Source of the DNA: Paragordius varius
Taxonomy: Eukaryota; Animalia; Nematomorpha
DNA: 64,000 nt
Assembly: GCA_964247055.1 (NCBI GenBank)
Contig: OZ176050.1
Location: forward strand, 14,570,001-14,634,000
Direction of reading: 5' to 3'
Shown here in pieces: positions 36,691 to 49,599 of this stretch. The stretch's first letter is position 1. Each line of letters begins with the position of its first letter. The translations under genes were made by a program, and so were the position numbers. The notes under the pieces were generated by a model, which had not been told where the DNA came from, searched no databases, and was given only the letters and a program-made list of their open reading frames with translations.

Positions 36691-38799
36691 GATACTTATA
36701 ATCACACAATTATTTATTTTAGTTTTTATAAAGTATTATTCATTTTCGAAGTTTTTATTGAACCATTGGTTGGAGAATGGCAAAGTTTTTTATTTAGCCC
36801 ACTCTTAAAAAGATGATAGACCTTTGAATATAACAATCTCATATAAACAAATTTATTTGAATGTTATTTGTAATATAATACATCATTCAAATGTATATGA
36901 ATTTTATTCCATAGAGAGCATTTAAAAGCAATTATATCTAAATTTTAAGATCTATTAAACCATTCAGGCAAAAAAAGTAATTTTTATTGTATCAAGTGTC
37001 GTTTAATCAGAAATTTTGAATTAATGCATGTGTGACTTTCGTCTGATATAAACGAAAAGAAAATACATAAATATGGATAATATTTTATTTAAGCTGAAAT
37101 CATAGTTTACTTGCCAAATAAAGATATATGATAGATAATTATAGCATAAAAAGTTTTTAAGGGATAATGTAGGGATTTTCGATAAACTAAAATATATTTA
37201 TAAAATAAATAAATTTATAAGTGAAAAATTAAATTCTAATATGTATATTCATATTGTGGTTTTTTTATTTCAATTACTAAAGCTCATTTTGTATTTAATA
37301 ATCTAAATATTTACCTTATGGTAAAGGGCAAATTAAATCCAAGGCTTTAATCAAAATTAGTAATATTTAAGCTAGGACTATAAGTTAGATTTATATAAAA
37401 AATATGCACATATAAATTAAAATATATTAGTAGTAATAATTATTTATTCGTCCAAATAATATCAACTTTCAAAAGCATTTTGGACACAGATTGCAGCTAT
37501 CTAAAATATATTAAATGCAAGTCTGACAATTTTGGGAGGAATATTCTGTTTTATTTTATTGTGGACAGAAAACACACATACCATAGGGTAATCTGAAGAA
37601 AACGAATCATTTCTAATCCCTCACCCTAAGTTCCTGACATTTGAATTTTTAAATATTTTTTTACTAAATATAAAATTTTGTTTTATTGCATTCAAAATTC
37701 ATATTAAAAATAAGTGGAAATTCTCTCGAGCTTTGGTTTATTTTCTATATGTTTGAATGAGTTTTATTAAGTTATTATTTTTCAGTAAAGTGACTTTTTC
37801 AAAAATAAAATAAATTTATACAATTGAATTTAATATAAATAATTAAAGTAGGATTTATTAATATATAAATTGGGTGATAAATAATTTCATGGCCATTACA
37901 CTATAATCAGATTATATAAATATGATAATAGTTAAAATTTGATTTTACCATACCTTTAATATATCTCTATACGAATTTCCAATTTAAAATCATAAGTGGT
38001 CTAGTTGGCGAATTGGTCAATTATGTCGTCGTTTTATTTATATATGTTTTAGATGTCCTATTAAGTCATTCAATTACAAAAAATAAAGCACAATGAGAAA
38101 TTTTTTAGCAAATAATAATTTGTAAACAAAAAAAACTAATTAGTTGATAACATCAATCAATATAGGATGTATTATTTAATCGAAATTAAAGCACTTATAA
38201 CCCGCATTTAAGAAATTATAAATCTTCTTTTTATTTTCGATTGCCATTTATTGGGTGTCAACTTTATATAAACTGATATTACATTGACTAAATCAAAATT
38301 AGCATATTAAATAGATTTAATTTTTTTAACAGCGATATTATATTAAATTTTTATTGTTGTTACCATTTGATCTTCACTTCCAAATGTGTCAAATCATTAA
38401 ATAAACGCATGTGATCTAATATCAAATATTAGTTTTAAGGAATTTGAGATTAAATTAGAGAATAGGAATAATCTGTATGCAAATAATAGAATAGTTGAGG
38501 ATGAGTCACATATTAAGATAAATTTAAATTAAATTTACAGATTACTGAATAACTTTCTAAGATATCAAATAAAAAGTAAAACTATGCCTGTTAATTATGA
38601 ATTTAATAATTATATTTCAACATATGATATAATTGAAGGCTTACAGCTAAAATATTCATCCTCTCTACTGAAACTAGCACAGATCTATAACTATTAGTCA
38701 AATAATAAATCTAACCTAACCATTACATCGTGTTAAAATATCTATTCAATTTTAATATCATTTCACATATTAATAATATAAAAAGAACTTTCAAAAGAA

Positions 38800-38878
38800 A
38801 TACGTGGGTCTCTTTAAGGAAATGAACCAACTCTAATCGCTCACCCTAACCCTAGCCCACAAACTCGAAAGCCCTAAA
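38800..38878 (+). repeat. Short dispersed repeat with telomere-like CCCTAACCCTAG core; copies at 60860-60972 (+), 47644-47720 (-), 48243-48315 (-), remnants near 37600, 48590 and 59680
   Basis: Shared gaaatgaaccaactccaatc...caccctaaccctagcccacaaactcgaaagccctaaa. Confidence 0.8.
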
Positions 38879-39919
38879 ATTAAATCTGCATTTAAATAAT
38901 TGAAATATTATTAGTGGTTACATAATTTTAGAGTATATTAATGAATGCTAGTTGAAAAAGATCAAAGGTTATCAATTAGCGTTTTAAAAAATGAGTGGAA
39001 CTAATATAAATTCGTGTGAAAGTTAAATTATAATATTCAATACTAATATAAAAGTTAGGTAGAACTACTTCAAATTTAGTTTAAGTTTTATATTTCTGAT
39101 CAAATAATTGATAAATTTGAGAAATATTAGATTAGTTAGGTTACTTATTGATGATATTATAATGAGAATAAAAGTCAACGTTTTTAATAATTATTTTACA
39201 AGTTTTTAATCATTGCTGAAATATCCAAATGTTTAAAATTTTATCAAACAGTACATGGTTTTTATATAATATTAAAACAAATATTTATAACTTATTTTGA
39301 TTTTAAATTTATTAAAAAAAATTTCTAGTTGGCTTAAAGTCTTTATAAAACAAAATTGAAATGAAATAATTGCCTGATATATCTCATAAATGATATTTAA
39401 TTAATCTAGAATTATTTGCTATCACTTTTAGATTAAATTATGAATAATTAATAGTTTAATAATTTTTATATAAAACTAATCAGATGCGATCAACTTTAAA
39501 TGATTACGTTTAGTTGAAATTTATATAACATTAATAATGATATTTTAAATTTTTTTAGATATCTTAAGGCAATTTAAATTTAAGATTTTACGTATGAATT
39601 AACTTAACATTATTAGGGATATTTAATCAAACTACTTAACCTAAAATATTAATATTTTGTATTTGGATTCAAAATATGTTCAAAACTTTTTGTTCGCCAA
39701 ATTTATTTATTTATGTATTTAATTTTATTTATTTTTTCCATTATTGCATCATCCTATATGTAAAAAATTTTAAACATTTATTCATACATGGGAGGTAGAG
39801 AGGGAGGGGGGAATTAATATAACAATATTTAACAAACAAACAAACAAGCAAGAAAGGGATATAATAATACGTGCACGATTTTTCTAGAAGGGGGGAGAAA
39901 AGGCGCAAATGCGCACATT

Positions 39920-40265
39920 AATTTGATTGGGCAGAAAGGGATTTCACGTGTTCCCTCTCTATATAAACCCAAAAAATTATTACATTTTTTATTTTTAATT
40001 ATTTTTTGGAATTTACATTTCGTGCATAGATTGTTTTCCAATTCTCTTCCTATATCTTTTGTCCCGGCTATGCAATGTATTGCTTGCTATTCATGGATAT
40101 TTCATAAAACATTAAAAGGTAAAAATTTTATTTTAATCAATAGATTAATTAACCTAAAACCAATAGACTCTTATGACAATAAATACTGAAACAAGGAGAG
40201 ATTGTGTGTTAAACAACTGGAATGCCAAATCAAACTATAACAATTTAGCCTAATCATTGGTAAGT
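39920..40265 (+). promoter_or_regulatory. Promoter-like island and possible non-coding first exon (copy B 62055-62393)
   Basis: ATTGG (39926), CACGTG (39945), TATATAAA (39960) and a G|GTAAGT donor at 40260, all retained in both copies. Motif evidence only. Confidence 0.3.
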
Positions 40266-42319
40266 TGCGCATGTTTTTTATATGATTATTTATTAGATGG
40301 TTAGATTTGTCTTAAAATATTGTGTCGGAATTAAGATTAAATTTTAAAGTTAATGTTTTTTAATCTTTTCTTGCTTTTGCCCGATATTTTTTCTTTTACT
40401 TGTAAATTTTAAACAATATCTAGAATTTAATTTTAGTTTGTTTATTGGAATAAATGGCTAATTATTGTTGGAAATTTTTAAAATTTTTTATTTTTGGATT
40501 GCAAAGATTATCGTATTACTATTTATATTGAGTCGTATACTTTTTTATGTTAAATTTTAATAAACACGTAGCAAATATTATCAATTCTCTCTGCAATTAT
40601 TCTAATAAATGTCTATTTATTTTTAATTATATATTGCTAACAAGGTATGAATTGGCTTGAACTTGTAAAATACAGAAACGTGGGTTTTTATATTTATATA
40701 GCCAAACTTGTAAATTCTAACATATGTTAATTAAAATAAAATTAAAACTCTTAATATTTTTGATTTACTAAAAGTTTCGAGTGTTGCTTAAATAAAAGTT
40801 TAAAATAAATTATTTTTTAGAGTGAGTAGCAGAAGGAAGTTAACATAAAGTATATTAAATTTACATTTAAAATTCTAGAAATCATCTAAATCTTAAAAAC
40901 ACTGATAATTGTGAGAAGAAACAGCAATTTTTTCTGATTATCCTAAATCTTTTCAAGTTGTTAATCATGATAGTATTCAAAGGTGTTTAAAAATTTCTAA
41001 AAACTTCTTAATTTATACAATAAAAAAGCGGCATTAAAAAACACATACTTGTTAATGTTTTCTAAAATAGCGCTAATGTTTCTTATGATTAGTACAAAAA
41101 GCCGTGAATTTCTTTTCTAAAAAAGCAGTATACCTTAAACTTTTAACCCAAACTTATCCCTAAAATTTTGGTAGTCTACATAATTATTAAAAAAATCTAA
41201 AAAAACTTAAATTTTTACTCAAAAATAGCGCTAAAATTTCTCAAATTCCTAAATAATAAAACACCATTATAAAGTTGTTTAAAACTTATTCCTAAAATAG
41301 ACGTAAATTTCCTAAAATTATTTTAACATGTTAAAACTTATAAAATTGCTAAATTTTCTTATAAAAAAGCGAAGTACTTAAATTTTTTAAAATGGTCAAA
41401 ATTCTCTAATATATTTTAAAAAGACTAAAATTACTTTTAAAAAAGCATTAATATGTATAAAAACATTTTTCAAAACTAATAGTTTTTTAAAATTCTCCAA
41501 AAAAACCAAAAATCCTTATTTACAAAATTATTTTAAGAAAAGCATATACCGCTAATTTTTTTAAAAAAATCCCTATATTTCTAGATAATTTTTTTATTTC
41601 TAAAAAACAGACAATAAAATTCTCTAAATAAGTCAATTTTCTCTAATCCTAAAAATTTTCAAATAGGTTAATTTTTTCAAATAAAAAAGCGCTAAAGCTC
41701 TCTAAAAACTGCTAAAATTGTCTGAAAATGTCTTTTTTTAAATTTAAGAAAGGTGGTTAATTCTATGATAATGGTTTTTTAATTCTTAACACCCCTAAAA
41801 ATCTTTAAAGTTTTTTGAACGCTACAAACAAATTACTAAAATACTAAAATTTTAATGAAATTCTGCATAAAAGCTATTTTTTAAACTTAATATAATATCC
41901 CCAAAAACCTTGAAAATTAAAAGCGTTGAAATTATCTAAAATCGTATTTGTAAATATAAACCACTAGAATTTACTAAAAGCCGCTAAATTTTATTAAAAA
42001 ACCGCTGATATATATGCGAAAAAAAATACATTTTTTAATTTTAAGACAGATAAATTATAATCCTAATTTTTAACCAATAATCTTAATTAACAATAAAATC
42101 TTTTCAAAAAACGCTAAACTCTTTTAAAAAACTCCTAAATCATTTATAGAACCGACAAAAATTAAAAGTTTTTTTTAAAATAGGTAATTAATAAAGGCCT
42201 TAAATTATATTCCTAAATATCAAATAACCGTTATTTAAAAAACTACTAACCTTAATTCTATTAAAAACTATTCTGGAACTGCAAGAATTTTTTTGTAACC
42301 ACAAAAACTCTTTTAATAC

Positions 42320-43660
42320 TGCAAAAATTCATTTAAAACTCCTAAAATTCTTTTAAAACTCTTAAAATTCTGTTAAAACTCCTAAAATTCTTTTAAAACT
42401 CTTAAAACTGCTAAAATTCTTTTAAAACTGCTAAAATTCTTTTAAAACTCCTAAAATTCTGTTAAAACTCCTAAAATTCTTTTAAAACTCTTAAAACTGC
42501 TAAAATTCTTTTAAAACTGCTAAAATTTTCTTAAAACTGCTAAAATTTTCTTAAAACTGCTAAAAAGTTTTTAAATCCTAAAATTCTTTTAAAACTCTTA
42601 AAAATCTTTTAAAATCCTAAAGTTCTGTTAAAAACTCCTAAAATTCTTTTAAAACTGCTAAAATTCTTTTAAAATTCCTAAAATTCTTTAAAAACTTTCT
42701 TAAAATCGCTAAAAATCTCTTAAAACTGCTAAAAAGTTTTTAAATCCTAAAATTCTTTTAAAACTCCTAAAATTCTGTTAAAACTCTTAAAATTGCTAAA
42801 ATTCTTTTAAAACTGCTAAAATTTTCTTAAAACTGCTAAAATTTTCTTAAAACTGCTAAAAATCTCTTAAAACTGCTAAAAAGTTTTTAAATCCTAAAAT
42901 TCTTTTAAAACTCCTAAAATTCTGTTAAAACTCCTAAAATTCTGTTAAAACTCCTAAAATTCTTTTAAAACTCCTAAAATTCTTTTAAAACTCCTAAAAT
43001 TCTTTTAAAACTCCTAAAATTCTTTTAAAACTCCTAAAATTCTTTTAAAACTCTTAAAACTGCTAAAATTCTTTTAAAACTGCTAAAATTTTCTTAAAAC
43101 TGCTAAAATTTTCTTAAAACTGCTAAAAATCTCTTAAAACTGCTAAAAAGTTTTTAAATCCTAAAATTCTTTTAAAACTCCTAAAATTCTGTTAAAACTC
43201 CTAAAATTCTGTTAAAACTCCTAAAATTCTTTTAAAACTCCTAAAATTCTTTTAAAACTCCTAAAATTCTTTTAAAACTCTTAAAACTGCTAAAATTCTT
43301 TTAAAACTGCTAAAATTTTCTTAAAACTGCTAAAATTTTCTTAAAACTGCTAAAAATCTCTTAAAACTGCTAAAAAGTTTTTAAATCCTAAAATTCTTTT
43401 AAAACTCCTAAAATTCTGTTAAAACTTCTAAAATTCTTTTAAAACTCCTAAAATTCTTTAAAAACTTTCTTAAAATCGCTAAAAATCTCTTAAAACTGCT
43501 AAAATGTTTTTAAATCCTAAAATTCTTTTAAAACTCTTAAAAATCTTTTAAAACTCCTAAAATTCTGTTAAAACTCCTAAAAATCTTTTAAAACTCCTAA
43601 AATTCTGTTAAAACTCCTAAAATTCTTTTAAAAAACTGCTAAAACTCTTTTAAAACCTCC
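42320..43660 (+). repeat. 20-bp minisatellite (CTCCTAAAATTCTTTTAAAA / CTGCTAAAATTTTCTTAAAA variants) with degenerate flanks ~41000-44300
   Basis: Dozens of direct tandem units with no unique spacers. Confidence 0.95.
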
Positions 43661-44519
43661 ATTTTAAACCCGCTAAAACTCTTTTAAACCCGCTAAAACT
43701 CTTTTAAACCCGCTAAAATTCTTTTAAAACTCCTAATTTTTTTTAAAACCGCTAAAACTCTTGTAAAACCGAAAAACTGTTTTAAAATTTTTTTTAAACA
43801 GCTTACTCTTTTTAAACCGCTAATTTTTTTTAAAACCGCAAAACTATTTTAAAATATCGCTTAAAACTGCTAAAAACTTTTTTAAAACCGCTTAAATTCT
43901 TTAAAAGCTGCTAAAATTCTTTTAGAACCGCTAAAATTTTTTAAAAACCGCAAAACTATTATATAAAATCGCTTCTGCCAAAACCTCTTTAAACCGCAAA
44001 AACTTTTTTAAAACTACTAAAATACTTATAAAACTGCTAAAAATCTAAAACTGCTAAAAATCTAAAACGGCTAAAACTCTTTTAAAACCGCTAAAATTCT
44101 TTAAAAGCTGCTAAAATTCTTTTAAAACCGCTAAAACCCCTAAAACCGCTAAAAATCTTTCAAAAACCGCAAAAATACTCTGCTAAAAACGCCTTTAAAA
44201 CCGTTAAAATTCTTTTGGAACCAGCAAAAACTATTTTGAAACTGCTAATTCTTGTAAAACTGCTAAAATTAAATCGCTAAAAACCTCTTTTAAAACCGCT
44301 AAAAATTGAAAAATTCTCACTTAATGCTTTTTAATTTACATTATTTATAAATGCTGTTTTTTTAACATTTTATTTTAAGAGAATTTTTCATTTTTTAATT
44401 TAGAATGTTTGATTGCCCCAGTCATTTGCGCAAAAACCGAGGAAGAAAATTGAATATTTCGGAATTGGTAATTAATATTTTATTTTATTAATCAGTGTTA
44501 AGTAAAATCTAAGTGTCTT

Positions 44520-45960
44520 ATATTAATGTTGTTTTGCTATTTTTTATCAATCAGTTATTTTTCAGTTGTTTTATTAATTAATTTTTTCTTAGTTTTTTAT
44601 TAACAGTTGTATTTTTCAGACAGTTACTTTATGATCAGTTGTTTTTATAATCAGTTTATTAGTTATTGTAGTTAATCATTTTTTATTCATCAGTTGTTTT
44701 CAATCTTTATTTAATCAGTTGTTTTTATTAATAAGTTTTTATTTATCAAATGTTATAATTTTACAGTTTTTTTAACCAGATGTTTTTATTAATCATTTCC
44801 AACCAGCTGTTTTTATAAATCATTTTATTTTATTCATCTTTGTCAAACAAGTGTTTTTATTAATAATTTGTTTTTATTAATAATTTGTTTTTATTAATCA
44901 CTTGTTTTAATTAAGCAGCTGTATTTGTTTTTTATAATCGCTTGTTTTTAATAATCAGTTAAATAATCCCTTGTTATAAGTAACCAGTTGTTTTAAATAA
45001 TCAGTTGTTTAAATAATCAGTTGTTTAAATAATCAGTTGTTTAAATAATGTTTTTATTAATCAGTTGTTTCACATAATTAACTGTTTTGAGTTGTTTTTG
45101 TCCATCAGTTGTTTAATTTATCAGTTGTTTAATTTATCAGTTGCTTTAATTAATCAGTTGTTATTGTTATTAACCTATTTTAATTGGTTAGTTGTTTTAA
45201 TTAATATGTTGTTTTACAATAATTTGTTGTTTATAATCAGCTGTTTTTATGAATCATTTGTTTTATAAATAATTTGTTTTTATAATCAGATGTTTTTAAT
45301 AATCAGTTGTTTTTATTAGTTTTTAATAATCTTATTAAAATATGTTGTTTTTATTCAGCTGTGTTCATAAATCATTTGTTTTTATAATCAGTCGTTAATA
45401 ATCAGTTAAATATCAGCTGTTTTTATTAAAAAATATTGTTCACCCTTTCAAATCAGCTGTTTTATTAATCATTTGTCATTGTCATCTTTTCCAATCAGCT
45501 GTCTTTTCCAATTATTTGTTTTTATTAATCATTTGTTATTTAATCATTGTTTTATTAATTTATATACACTTGTAATTAATAATCATTTGAACAGCTGTTT
45601 ATTAAAGTAGCTGTTTGAATCGGTTTTTATTAATTATTGTTACTAATCGGTCGTTTTGAATTATTAGTTGTTAATTTATTTATAATAATCAGTTTATTAA
45701 TTAATTGCTTTTATTAATTATTTTGTTTTAATAAATTAATTATTTTTTAATCACTTCTTTTATTATTATTTATATACTGTTGTTTTTATAAATCCTTTGT
45801 TAAATCAGCTGTTTTAAGTTGGTTTTCTTAATCAGTTCTTTAAATTTTTTTATATTAATCAGTTCATTAATCAGCTGTTTATTAATAATATGTGTTATAA
45901 TTTATATACAGTCATTTTTTATATTCATTTGATAAATCAGCTGTTTTTAATAGCACTGTT
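44520..45960 (+). repeat. Degenerate T/G-rich short-period tandem array (AATCAGTTGTTTT-like)
   Basis: Recurrent aatcagttgttt/aatcagctgttt; three perfect 16-mers near 45001-45048. Confidence 0.8.
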
Positions 45961-48900
45961 TTATAAGTTATAAACTTATGATTGATAAATATTGTATTGA
46001 AAATGTATATGGCTTGAAACATATGGTTTCTTAATACATTTAAATTAAGCAATTTAATATATCATTAGATTTAATCAAAAAACAGGTGATTATTTATAAA
46101 TGGTTTCACAAAAATTGAACGCAAAATGTTAAAAAATTGTTGTTTTTATTAATTATAGTAAATTTCTAAAGGCAATTAATTGATTGGTCTTTTAAGAGTT
46201 GATTGAATGTTTAATGAGAGAATTTGTATATTTTTATTGGCGTTTTCAGAAAACTACCTTATTTATCAATATGATGTAACAAAACTCAAGCTTATCAAAT
46301 ATATTTATTCCATAATTTTTAGAACATTTGCCTTAATTTGCCCAAAACTGAAACGAATCGTAAAGAAGATAATTACTTTGAATTAATCCAAATATGGTAT
46401 TTATTTTTACTATTTTAAAACAATTATTTTCTTAATGTTTTGTAGTTAGATGTTTTGAATTTTTTTTTACAAAGAGTGGATTAAATATATATATATAGAA
46501 ACCTCAAAAGTCAGCTGATATTTATAGATTACTGTTTTACTTTATGTTTTACACTAATTAAAATAAATCGTATACTTTTTTTGAAAAAATTCATTGTTTT
46601 TTAAAAAACTGCCCATTAAATTATGAATTAAACCGCCAGCTTTCTCTTTAAATCAGCTGATAATACAAGGCCCGCTATTTAACACAAACAAAGAATAAAA
46701 ACGTTTAAAATATATATTTTATAATTAACCAACGTTTTCACTATAAATTTTTATAATATCCGATTTGTAATATTTCTTTGTGAAATTTACGATTATTTTT
46801 AGATATAAAAGATTTTGTAAATATATATTCTTGTTTTAAGTTTTAGTTTTATAATTTTTTCCATATTCTTTTTAGAATGAGTTGGGCTTAACCACTCTGT
46901 GTGTCAACTAAATCTGAAATATTTGGCTTAGATTTATCTGGAACAAATGGTATAAATTTCTTATAACCGCTTATTTTATTAAACTATAATAAATTTTGAC
47001 TCACCTTATTACAAATAATACAAGGTGTTTATGAAAACGCCTTAAACAACAACTTGGGTTTTATTTAGGACCTCAAAAATTAAATTTTTTACGATTGCTA
47101 TTCTAATTTTTATTCAACGATTGATTAACAAAACCCCAAATATTTTTATGAAATTTGTTTTTTACATATACCAATTATGATTGATATTTAATAATTCTAT
47201 TTTTTCCACCAATATATTCTTTAAATTTTTTTCATATAGTTGTGTATTTATTTTATTACTTTAATATTTTCTTTTTCGTAACATGAGGTTTGAATTGCCT
47301 TATTATCTAACACTATAAATAATTTGTTATAGGTTAGCACTAATGAAAATTAAGTATTTTTGGTGTCGTTACGAACTTTCAAACAAATAATTATTTAATA
47401 ATCATTTATTAATATCAAACTACCTGGTTCTAATATAACAATTGACTTTTGTTTACAAATTAAAACAGTTAAATATTTTGTTTTTTCATTTTAGTTAAAG
47501 AACACCCCCTATTTTCTTTAAAAATTCGTCACCTGTGGTTAAAAGATATTGTACTTTCAATTTTTTGATTTTGATTCCCATAAATCCCTATCATAGATCG
47601 GGTTACTAGAAATAATCATTTTAGCAGTATAAGGTTAAATAACTTTTAGAGCTTTCGAGTTTGTGGGCTAGGGTTAGGGTGAGGGATTGGAGTTGGTTCA
47701 TTTTCTTACGAGACCCATGCATTTATCCTTAAATTCTTTGTCTCTGAATTTTTTAGATTCTGATTTACTTAAGGAAGGATATTCTTTTAATTTTCGTAAT
47801 TCTGTTTTTTAGTTTAATTTTACACTATTTTAGCAAAAGAGTTAACATTATCTGAATTTTGTCTTTAATTCGTAAAGTACATATAATATTTTAACATTTG
47901 TATGCTTAATTTAATATTTTTTAGTGGTTTTAATTACAAGGATATATTGTTTTTTGGATAAAATTTTTCAGATAATTTTGATGATTGAAAGTTTTTTTCA
48001 TAAATATCTTTGTGTGATTTTTTAGTTGATTTGCTTTAAAATTTAGTAGTTCTCGATCTTGAAAAATCTTAAAATTTTTCTAATAGCAAAGTTTCATTGA
48101 CTATCTGTAAAAATATTATATCTGTTTGACAAATTTTTCATGTTTAAAAACGGAACAATATTTTCCTTATTTATGTATATTTGCTTTTTAATGGTTAAGA
48201 TTTGGTAGTATTAGCAATACATTTACAGTGTAAGGTTAAATAACTTTAAGGGCTTCGAGTTTGTGGGCTAGGGTTAGGGATTGGAGTTGGTTCATTATCT
48301 TAAAGAAGTCCGCGCATTTCGATTTATTCATAAAACCTTTGTCTCTGATTTTTTGAATTTCCTTATCGTTAACAATTGATTTTGAATTAAGGACATGGCA
48401 TTTCAGGCATCGTTAATTTAAAAAACATGAATGTTTAATATAAGATAAATCCTGTGAATAAATTCCTAATTTGGTTGTATAACCCCTATTTTAATTGATT
48501 GTTTAAAATATTCGTTTTCCCCAAATAAGGCTTATTTTAATAGAGTTTTTTATATATTTATTTGCGATTGAAAAGTTTTGGTGTTTGTGGTTTAGGTTAG
48601 GGATTAATGCATTATATTAAAAAAACCGTTTTATATTTTAATTAAATTTACATTTTTTTCGGAAAGTAAGTTCAAGACGTGCCTAAAATTGTAAATATAG
48701 AACTGTATATTTCGCTACAAAATCGTCCACATCTAAAAGAATATTTTAATGTAAAAATTATTCATTTTTTAGTATTTCTTTGATCCTGTGTATTTGTATG
48801 CTCGATTTAACAACCGTTTTTAGATAATTGATATCAGGCTTTCTGTAAATAAATAATATTCAAGTGAAAAAAAAATATTTTTATTTCATTTCAAATTAAA

Positions 48901-49599
48901 TGCCCACTGTTATTTATTTGATATATTTTGTTATTTTTTCTCTGTTCCATCCGACAAATATCTTTTATGAACTTTTGTTTGATATTTGAAAACGGTTAAA
49001 TATAAAAACTTTGGCAAATATATGTTATCTAATTAAAAATATCTATAAAATTGTTTTTAAATGGTTTAATTGCAAGTTTATTTAGTGAACTGGTGCCTCG
49101 ATTGAGCCTAAGACTCGCGCATTTTTTTAAATTTTTATATTATATTGTAAAGTTAAATGCAACTTAATAATTTTTTTAAAACTACAAATTGGCCTAAACA
49201 AGCAAAAAACTGTAGATTTCTTTAACACTTCTAATATTTTAATATAATCGCTGTTCCCCACAAAATGCTAAACTTATTACAAAAAGTCTTTTGTCTGGTA
49301 AAAGTACCACATTTGTCTTTAGTATTTAATTTAAATCTATTAATATTTTATAGATTCCTAAAATACTGCCAAATTGCAATCAAAACATTAGCTCAAAAAC
49401 GATATTTAAACAAGAATGAAAGAAATGAATGACGAAACAGAGACATATAGAAAACAATGAATATCAAAGAAAATGAATAATTTATATAATAACTTCAATA
49501 AATATAATGTTGCATTTATTATGATTTTTTTATTGAAAAAAAATTAAAAAATATCAATAAATATATATAACACCCCCCCCCGGGTGAGAAAAAAAATTA

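Larger units (their letters stand above)
28755..41870 (+). repeat. Segmental duplication copy A (probably extends further right)
   Basis: Collinear with 51364-64000 throughout (offset 22609 at the start, 22130 at the window end); duplicated ORFs at 29331/51923, 35160/57233 and 39829/61962. Confidence 0.95.

Noticed and set aside
37440-37650. First coding exon of SRD5A3 (MIRFLQITLWYVCFLS...)
   Set aside because: In-frame stops in both copies, no YGK motif, and partial overlap with a remnant of the CCCTAA repeat.
38840-38860. Interstitial telomere or chromosome fusion site
   Set aside because: Only about two CCCTAA-like units, always embedded in the same dispersed repeat.
42320-43660. CRISPR-like regular repeat
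   Set aside because: Head-to-tail units with no unique spacers, no cas genes, and a eukaryotic context.
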